Origin: Amoeboradix gromovi X-113
Taxonomy: Eukaryota > Fungi > Sanchytriomycota
Length of the DNA: 7,675 nt
Reading direction: 5' to 3'
NCBI GenBank assembly: GCA_018985225.1
Contig: JADGIF010000496.1
Location: forward strand, 1 to 7,675
Part shown: in pieces, positions 1 through 6,826 of the stretch
How the letters are laid out: the number at the start of each line of letters is the position of its first letter
Position numbering within the stretch: the first letter of the stretch is position 1
Made by a program: the position numbers and the translations under genes
Notes under the pieces: model-generated
Database searches by the model: none
The model's input: the letters and a program-made list of their open reading frames with translations, nothing else
What the model was told of the DNA's origin: nothing

Positions 1-1
1 T

Positions 2-154
2 GCTCAAAGACCTCATATATTTGAACGAGATGCAGGGTCTTCTACTTTTATTTTGAAAAGAGGAATACAATCAATGAAAGAAAATTGGTATAATAGAAGA
101 TCTTTTATAATGATAGCATTTCCTGCGTATGGTGCATCTTTAAAAACGAGTTAG
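2..154 (+). CDS. Possible 3' end of an unidentified gene entering from the left edge
   Basis: Frame open from the window edge for 50 codons (AQRPHIFERDAGSSTFILKRGIQSMKENWYNRRSFIMIAFPAYGASLKTS) to TAG 152-154. No family recognised, and the TAG could be a splice acceptor. Confidence 0.3.
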   Translation, partial: AQRPHIFERDAGSSTFILKRGIQSMKENWYNRRSFIMIAFPAYGASLKTS

Positions 155-300
155 TCTAGTTTTTATATTTGGTGTCCCATATGCTTTTTGTTTTACTTGA
201 TGCACAATTTGTTAACTGTGATTTCTTTGGAATGGACCTCTTGTTGAATGCAAAAAATATGATACTACAATTCTAACGAAATAAAATTTATTTAAACTAT

Positions 301-1726
301 TTAATTTCGACTTGTTTTCTCTCTGCCCTCCCAAATATAATCAGTACGATCTCTCTGGACTCCGTACTTTGCCAAGAATTGCCCTACACCCTCTGGGCTT
401 CTACATCCAAATTTGTACTTGATAGGTTTAATATTTTCATCATCGTACTGGTGTAGAATCGGGGTAAAAATGCGCCAAGCCTCAATGAGCTCATCGTGAC
501 GAACAAAATTGGACTGATTGCCTTGTAATGCATCTTGAAACAAACTGGTGTAAGCATCAGGAATCTTTGAATTCTTGTACTTGTGGCCATATGATAAATC
601 CAATTCTGTAATTTCAGTTTCATATTCTGTGCTGCCTGGCTGTTTATTCATCAATTTCAAGTAAAGGCATGGATTAGGCTGTAATCTTACAACTAGCTCA
701 TTCCTAGACAACGGAATCTTTGGGTTAAACAAATTAAATGCGACGTCCTTGAATTGGATCCTAACCTCTTGCTTAGATTCATTCAATGCCTTACCAGCTC
801 GAATAATAAAAGGGACACCTTAATTACCAATAAATACCTTTCCATCTGTCATTGTTGACATATAGCGTAGAAATACAGTAAGTGGCTGCATTACTATTTG
901 ATTTTACTGTGGAATCATCCAAATAACCATCGTATTGACCAAAAATAGTGTCCTGCATTTTTACAGCAGGAATTTGACGCAATACTTTCACTTTCTCATC
1001 TCTAATATCATCTGCCTTCAGCTCAACAGGTTTCTCCATACAAACAACGGTTAACAACTGAAGTAAATGATTTTGCATAACATCTCGCACAATACCAAAC
1101 TCATCAAAGTAACCACCTCTACCTTGTGTTCCGAAATCTTCTTTTAAAACAATTTGAACATTGTCAATAAATTTGTTGTTCCAAACAGCTTCAAAAAAGA
1201 CATTTGCAAATCTTAACACGAGCAGGTTTTTAACCATTTCTTTTCCCAGAAAATGATCAATTCTATAAGTCTCTATTTCTTTCCAATGGCACTGAACCTC
1301 ATCCAGCAACTCCTGACAAGATTTTAAATCTTTACCAAATGGTTTTTCAACAATGACAAATGAATCGTTACTTCTACAGAAACTGTTAAGATTTTCAGAT
1401 ACGATACCAAACACATTTGGTGGCAAGGCTAAGTAGAATAATCTGCGACTAAAAGGCTTTAGCAGCTCATTCAGCTTTTTATAATCTTCAGGCTTATCGT
1501 ACTGACCGCTGTAATATGTGCAAGCCTTGACAAATTTCTCAACATGTTCCTTGTCCTTTAGATACTCCTGAATTCTACTGGAAAACTCTTCTTGACTTAA
1601 AGCACTTCTTGCATACCCTATGATTTTACCATTCCATCCACTCGCTACCAAACTGTATAGCGCAGGAAACGTTTTCTTTCTGGATAAATCTCCCGAGGCA
1701 CCGAACACTACAAAAACTTCGCTCAT
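301..1726 (-). CDS. G6PD: Glucose-6-phosphate 1-dehydrogenase, two exons (1726-838, 818-301), 468 aa
   Basis: Motifs GASGDLSRKK (NADP-binding), EKPFG, RIDHFLGKE and RGGYFDEFGIVRDVMQNHLLQ. Removing 819-837 joins track ORFs 824..1726 and 301..786 through NDRWKG|VPFIIRAGKALNESKQEVRIQFK, matching the family motif RWxGVPF..R.GKALNE. Exons 889+518=1407 nt = 469 codons including TAA. Confidence 0.97.
819..837 (-). other. 19-nt spliceosomal (GT-AG) intron in G6PD, phase 1
   Basis: Minus strand reads TGG AAA G|GTATTTATTGGTAATTAAG|GT GTC CCT. It contains the in-frame TAA that ends the track ORF. Removal corrects the frame and leaves no extra or missing residue in WKGVPF. Confidence 0.93.
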
Positions 1727-1768
1727 TTCAAGATTTCTCCTTATTGCACTAAATTACAAAGAGGGCAA
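1727..1768. promoter_or_regulatory. 42-nt spacer between divergent start codons (G6PD and the orphan gene); probable minimal bidirectional promoter
   Basis: ATG at 1726 (-) and ATG at 1769 (+). CTTGAAA overlaps the G6PD ATG. Promoter function is inferred from position only. Confidence 0.5.
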
Positions 1769-3158
1769 ATGGATTGGAAAAATTACAAAAATTCGATTTT
1801 TATTGGTGTTTACATTATTTTAATCCATACGGTATTAAACAGGTTTAATTACCCTTTCGTCATCGGCGCCACGTTAATTTTTAGCTCAAATTTTAATTAT
1901 GCACCTAGTACATTTAAAATCAAATTTTCGAAGTTCATTTTGTTTATTCTTGGCATGCTTGATGTTTTTAAAATCGTTCAAATTGGAATATATGATTTCA
2001 TACCTGAATATAACTTTTATTTTGTTGCCATTTTGCTTCTTCATAGGGTCGTCAAGTTTACGCTGACTCCTTTAACTGTTGGAATTTTGCTTCTATATTT
2101 TGTAATCGGATGTAGATTTTACCTGTATTAGTATTACCCACCGCTTATGTCACGAAATATTCCAGGTCAATTTCCAAATTTTAACGAATCTATATTTAAT
2201 CTTATAGATAGAATAATTCTTGCACTTACCTACTTAATTTCACTTATACCACCTCCTATAGAATATGATTTTTCTACTTCTAGTTCAGAAGACTCAGTAT
2301 ACGATGTTGAAGAAATTCAGAAAATCGGAGCTACGAGAAAAAAAACAATATTCAACGTGTCAAACATATCACAGGATGTTAACATGATCACAATTCAGGA
2401 TTTTTCAAGGCTAACTCTCATGAGAAATTTACAGGAATCTAGAGATACTCTGCATACCATTCCGATGGGAGATAGCAGCAATGAGTCACTACTAAAGCGC
2501 AGCATTCCTTCTAGCAAGAGTAGTACCGACGAATCTCTAACTAAGAAATCGGAACCAATGGTAGTGAGTGTAAGTAGCGCACAAAGTGTAAAGAGCATAA
2601 CTAGTGCTAGCCCAAGTACAATAAGCTTGATAACAATCAAAGATACAGACTCATCTACTAATTTGCGAGGTCAATCATTTAGCACTACATTTCAGAATAG
2701 AAATTCAATTCCAGAATATCAATTAGAACAGGAGACAATCTCCGTTGCATCTTTTAAGAATGTGCCAACATTCGCAGGACCCAACATAATAATACCAGGC
2801 AATCAAACCCAAAATGACAAGAACAGAAAACAGTCAAGACCAGTGGCGTTTCAACCGAGCGGCAATAACAGCAAAGCTTCTCTAATTCCTATATATGATG
2901 ACCCGTTATCTAACAAAGTAGTCAGTGAAGAAACAGTCAATAAAACAATCAACAATGACCAAGACAGTAGTGAAGGTAAAACTATAAATTTGGTACAATC
3001 CAATGATCACTCTTTCAACGACTATGAAAAAAGCGACATAAAATCTAAGATAGCTAGTTTAAGGTATTTGTACTTCACTTAGATATAAAACTAATATGGC
3101 AAGGCAGTCATTTGAAAAGAAAATCAAGAAAACCAAAACATACCCAAATAAAGAATAA
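1769..3158 (+). CDS. Orphan protein with a hydrophobic multi-TM N-terminal part and a long Ser/Thr/Asn-rich disordered tail. Proposed exons 1769-2101, 2132-3063, 3083-3158 (446 aa); first junction uncertain
   Basis: Track ORFs 1769..2131 and 2147..3082 are in the same frame, separated only by TAG 2129-2131 plus 5 sense codons. Both ORFs end on a TTAG that can act as a 3' splice site. No family recognised. Confidence 0.55.
2102..2131 (+). other. Candidate intron: 30-nt GTAATC...ATTAG (frame-preserving); alternative 20-nt GTAGAT...ATTAG at 2112-2131
   Basis: The 30-nt form gives ...GILLLYF|YYPPLMSRNIPG... The 20-nt form shifts frame to GLLPTAYVTKYSRSISKF-stop. No homology anchor, and the A is at -5 rather than -6. 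Confidence 0.4.
3064..3082 (+). other. Candidate 19-nt GT-AG intron, phase 2
   Basis: AG|GTATTTGTACTTCACTTAG|A. Same length and same GTATTT donor as the G6PD intron, with TCAC placing A at -6. Removal opens 24 more codons (YKTNMARQSFEKKIKKTKTYPNKE, TAA 3156-3158) that fill the gap to the next gene. Confidence 0.7.
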
Positions 3159-3163
3159 TCAAT

Positions 3164-4252
3164 TTATTGATTTATTATCGAGTGTTGCATTGCGTATGAG
3201 ATGACTTTTTCTGTGACCTGCTGACAATTAAGGGTACCCCCGCAATCAGCAGTAACATCATTATTTTCGATCGCCTTATTTACTGCGCTTTCTATAATTT
3301 CTGGAGTATTTGGGATATTAGCAAATCTGCACATTAGAGCAGCGCTTCTAATGGCAGCAATTGGATTAGCGTTTGCCGGATCTATGTCTGGTGCACTCCC
3401 ATGAACTGGCTCCCCCATGATTAAGAATTCCGAGTAATTAACACTAGGAATAAGACCTAAACTACCAACTAGTCCGGCTCCAGCATCGCTTAGCAAATCG
3501 CCATAAAGGTTAGGGCAGCATAAGACATCGAATTGCGAAGGATCTCTAATCATATGATATAAAGCTGCGTCTACAAGAACTTCGTTGTACACTAACGGTG
3601 CCTTCTCCCAGCCAGGATGGCCTATCTTGATGGCTTTGAACTCATTCTCGGCAATTCGAAAGCAGGTTTCTCGGAATAATCCATCTGTTGCGGCCAAGAC
3701 GTTGGCTTTATGAATAATACTAACCTTAGCTTGCTTATGGGCAGTTCTCTGCCTTGCAATTTCGAAAGATTTTCGAGCAATTTTTTCAGTTGCAGCTTTC
3801 GTAATGATGCGTTTAGCAATTGCCTTGTCATTAAGAAGTTCTTCATCTTGAACATATAAGCACTCTGTATTCTCACGCATTATAACCATATCAAATGCCA
3901 TCTTGTTAAATATTCCTTTCACTGGTCGAATATTGGCGTAGCAATTAAAAAGTTTGCGCAACTGCACAATAGGAGATTTGTAGCCCTGCACTTTGTGGCT
4001 AGGTGAAGACACGGCACCAAACAATGCTAATATTTTGCCGTTCTCCGATTTTCCCATATCTGACAAGGCAGTTATAGTAGATTGAGGAAGTGCATGGCCG
4101 GTTTTTTTAAAATGGTTGAATCCTGCATCCAAGTAAACGAATTCAAATTCCTGCTTATTGTACTTACCGATAGCTTGCAATACCTGCTTTGCGGCATTAA
4201 TTACAGTGACTCCGATTCCATCACCAGGCAATAGTGCAATTCTTTTGAACAT
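3164..4252 (-). CDS. LYS12: Homoisocitrate dehydrogenase (alpha-aminoadipate lysine pathway; IDH/IPMDH family), 362 aa from ATG 4252
   Basis: IALLPGDGIG, LFGAVSSPSHKVQGYKSPIVQLRK..YANIRPV (characteristic of fungal HICDH), RENTE.LY, HKANVL, PNLYGDLLSD, EPVHGSAPDI. The track start at 4264 is a TTG; the first ATG is at 4252. Confidence 0.88.
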   Translation of the reverse strand: MFKRIALLPGDGIGVTVINAAKQVLQAIGKYNKQEFEFVYLDAGFNHFKKTGHALPQSTITALSDMGKSENGKILALFGAVSSPSHKVQGYKSPIVQLRKLFNCYANIRPVKGIFNKMAFDMVIMRENTECLYVQDEELLNDKAIAKRIITKAATEKIARKSFEIARQRTAHKQAKVSIIHKANVLAATDGLFRETCFRIAENEFKAIKIGHPGWEKAPLVYNEVLVDAALYHMIRDPSQFDVLCCPNLYGDLLSDAGAGLVGSLGLIPSVNYSEFLIMGEPVHGSAPDIDPANANPIAAIRSAALMCRFANIPNTPEIIESAVNKAIENNDVTADCGGTLNCQQVTEKVISYAMQHSIINQ

Positions 4253-4292
4253 TTTTGAAAACAAGGAAAATTACCTGAAATAAAGAATTTAC

Positions 4293-5359
4293 TTAACTAG
4301 TCTTTTTATTTTCGCTTTCCATTTCCCAGTTCGCAAGCGTCTCTAAAAATCCAACTGCGAAATATGAAATCATAAGCAAAACTAAAGTGTTCCAGATAGT
4401 CCCAAGAAGTGAGGATTCCTCTTCGGCTGAAGCTCCAACTGGCCTAGTAAACTTCTTCTTCTGAATTTCCAATATGCTTTCAAAATACACTTGTAAGCTG
4501 GGCAATATTTTATGCAAAGCGTTTAAAACCACTTGAATAACTTGCTTACGAAACAATCCAATAACAAATACTGACTGAATAGATGATTTGATAAGCGCTT
4601 TACCAATAAATGTTGCGCTAAAAAAGGTAGAGAAAGGGATTAAGAAATGGCCACAAAGCACTCCAGCCAGGTCAAAAAGCGGGTTTGGAATCTAGATTAG
4701 TTTTAAATTACACTTGCACACAAAAGAATGCCGAGGAATCCATAATTCTTCATCAGTTTAAACAAGTTTACTTTAATGTACTCAACAGTTGTCAAAGACT
4801 TTTTCTTGAGCAGCTTGTGAATCTCAACCAATTCCTCAGATGCCTTGTGGTCAGTCATGGCGATAAAATATGGAGGCAATTCACCAACCGCTGTACCAAT
4901 TCCCCAAAAGAACGCATTTATAAAAATTGATGCGAAAATATCAAAAAACTCAACATTTGCTTGCTTATTACACTCCATATCAATGCCATAATACAAATTA
5001 TAAGACGCGTTAGCGGGTAATCCACATTTTTGCGAATACTGAGTCACATGGACAATATGAGGGCCAAGGTAAATTAAAAAAGTGTGCAAGCCTGACCCAA
5101 ACCCAATAGATGAGGCAATTCCAAGGACAAACCAATACATATTGAACTTAAGATAAGATACATACTCGTGCTGACTAGTGTTTACAGCGTATCCAATAGC
5201 CGCAAAGGTTAGAATGAAAGAAATGTATTTGAGTACAAATTTAGCGAGGTAAATTAAGGAATAGTACAACACCTGTAGTGGCTTCTTCTTAAACAAAATC
5301 ATTTCTTTCGGAGCCTCTTCTTTGTATCTGTTTCTACTCTGACTTCGAGTAACCACCAT
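4293..5359 (-). CDS. VMP1: Vacuole membrane protein 1 (VMP1/TMEM49, DedA/VTT-superfamily ER lipid scramblase), two exons (5359-4712, 4691-4293), 348 aa
   Basis: LGIASSIGFGSGLHTFLIYLGPHI and WGIGTAVGELPPYF. After splicing: GILLCAS|IPNPLFDLAGVLCGHFLIPFSTFFSATFIGKALIK. C-terminal KKTS fits a KKxx ER-retrieval signal. Exons 648+399=1047 nt. Confidence 0.95.
4692..4711 (-). other. 20-nt spliceosomal (GT-AG) intron in VMP1, phase 0
   Basis: GCA AGT|GTAATTTAAAACTAATCTAG|ATT CCA AAC CCG. It contains an in-frame TAA and a branch-site-like CTAAT next to the CTAG acceptor. Removal restores ASIPNPLFDLAG. Confidence 0.93.
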
Positions 5360-5531
5360 ATTGTTTCAAGTTACATATTTGAAGAATGACCATCATCTTA
5401 TTATTCAAATAGAGAATCCAACAGTAGGAACAATAAAAGTCATCTAACCACAGCAATTGTCTCATCCAATTAAAGCCAATTACTACTAAATGAGTAAAAA
5501 GTCTTGAAAGCTTCAAATAAGACATATTTAT

Positions 5532-6086
5532 TTAGTATCCCATCGAATTTAAGTTTTTTATGGTTTGTGGATGATCTTTTGGATTTGCTGCTTTTTCATA
5601 AATAGCGATTATGGGATCTTTAATTACTTGCAAACTTTGTCCTCTAATTTCAACATATATCAATTCTAGATGATCATTTCCGTTCCAATTATCTTTGAAA
5701 TACAGCTGAAGTAGCGTAACGCTTGAGAACATACTTGACTTTATTGGATAATGCTGCTCTAATGATTTGTATTGTGGTATGATCATATCTGATTCATCTT
5801 CATCTTCAAAATCAATTACTTTATTTTTGAAGAGTAAAAGGTGTTTGGATTGCTCGTTGCTGAATCTTAATTTTATTTCAAAAAGTTTTACAGGCACTGA
5901 GAAAGGGATTTGTACGATCAGTGTATCATCTAGGTCGGATAGTAGTGGCGATTGATTTTCTTCTTCAAAAATTCTAGCTTCATTAAGTGCATTTAAATAC
6001 TGGCAATTTGCAACATCAATATACTTCAACAAGTTTTCATGCGAGTTGGGTGCAAACGAAGGTTCTGCGTGGTCACAGTCACACAT
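5532..6086 (-). CDS. PITH (proteasome-interacting thioredoxin) domain protein, PITHD1-like, 184 aa
   Basis: N-terminal C.C.H, L.KYID....YLN, LLSDLDDTLIVQIPFSVPVKL, FSSV..LQLYF.DN....L.YVEIRG, and C-terminal IYE..ANPKDH, the tail typical of PITHD1-type proteins. Confidence 0.82.
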   Translation of the reverse strand: MCDCDHAEPSFAPNSHENLLKYIDVANCQYLNALNEARIFEEENQSPLLSDLDDTLIVQIPFSVPVKLFEIKLRFSNEQSKHLLLFKNKVIDFEDEDESDMIIPQYKSLEQHYPIKSSMFSSVTLLQLYFKDNWNGNDHLELIYVEIRGQSLQVIKDPIIAIYEKAANPKDHPQTIKNLNSMGY

Positions 6087-6510
6087 GTATGCGTTGTTTC
6101 AAAATTTAGAATATTATTAGATTTTAAATTGCTAAAATATGAAATCTCAGACTCTAATTTGAGTTGATTTCCAGTCTCACTGCTATCTAATGTATCAATA
6201 AAACATTGCATTGTTAACTGCTTTATTTTTATTAGAAATATCAAAATACATCTATGGCTTTGGGCAACAGCAGACAAGAGACTATTTGATTTAAAGTTTG
6301 CCAAATAGATATTCAATTTACCCACTATTATCAAACCCCTAAGTTTAGTAGTCTTGAAAACTGTAATACTCTTATATTTAACTGATAACTTCCCTATCTG
6401 GATTTGGCTAGCGCTAAAGACAGAATCACGCAATCGTTTTTGGTTGATATACAGAAGCCATACCCGCCTCTATAAAATTGCCATTATCAGTGCCACTATG
6501 CATGCTATAG

Positions 6511-6789
6511 GTAACTCAGCGAATTTACAGGTTCTACTTAAAAAGTACGAATTTTCATCTTTCAGCTTCAATTCGCAACAGGATTTGGATTCTTGGACTG
6601 ATACTTGAGAGTCGAATTGTATGTTATGTGGCTACTAGTAATTTAAGATTTAATATACTGGATAGCGAGGCCTTACCCATTATTTTAAAAAAAAGTGTTG
6701 AGTTTTTGTGGGATCAGAAAACCCAGGAATGTTTTGTATACAGAGTCGATAAAGTCGATGTAATTACAATGAATGGTTCATTCAATTAA
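6511..6789 (+). CDS. Possible terminal exon of an unresolved orphan gene
   Basis: 92 sense codons with no early start, ending ...NLRFNILDSEALPIILKKSVEFLWDQKTQECFVYRVDKVDVITMNGSFN-TAA, 37 nt from the convergent OPI3 stop. Missed by the ORF track; upstream exons not resolved. Confidence 0.3.
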   Translation, partial: VTQRIYRFYLKSTNFHLSASIRNRIWILGLILESRIVCYVATSNLRFNILDSEALPIILKKSVEFLWDQKTQECFVYRVDKVDVITMNGSFN

Positions 6790-6826
6790 AATCTATAGCG
6801 CTATCTGATAGATCAAAAATTTATTT

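Noticed and set aside
301-1726. G6PD (and likewise VMP1) as frameshifted pseudogenes, split genes or programmed frameshifts
   Set aside because: Each break is an extra 19-20 nt bounded by GT and AG whose precise removal restores the motif. Both halves are otherwise intact.
1737-1743. Shine-Dalgarno-like TAAGGAG upstream of the G6PD ATG on the minus strand
   Set aside because: The gene has a spliceosomal intron and eukaryote-specific neighbours, and no such motif precedes the other genes. Treated as chance.
2129-2131. TAG/TAA reassignment to a sense codon, suggested by lone in-frame stops at 2129, 6306, 6470 and 7545
   Set aside because: Over 1,500 codons of five conserved genes have no in-frame TAG or TAA outside introns, and four of them end in TAA. 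The G6PD and VMP1 breaks need a frame change that read-through cannot give.
4253-4297. VMP1-LYS12 fusion by splicing out the VMP1 stop (GT 4297 to AG 4275)
   Set aside because: The product is out of frame with LYS12, and the LYS12 frame has TAA at 4273-4271.
384-5955. Track ORFs 384..623, 1620..1823, 2395..2640, 3622..3876, 4685..4930 and 5767..5955
   Set aside because: Alternative-frame or antisense shadows overlapping better-supported genes, with no recognisable motifs.
6791-6813. Nested short palindromes (ATAGCGCTAT, CTATCTGATAG) near the OPI3 stop
   Set aside because: Short and AT-rich, single occurrence, no supporting context.
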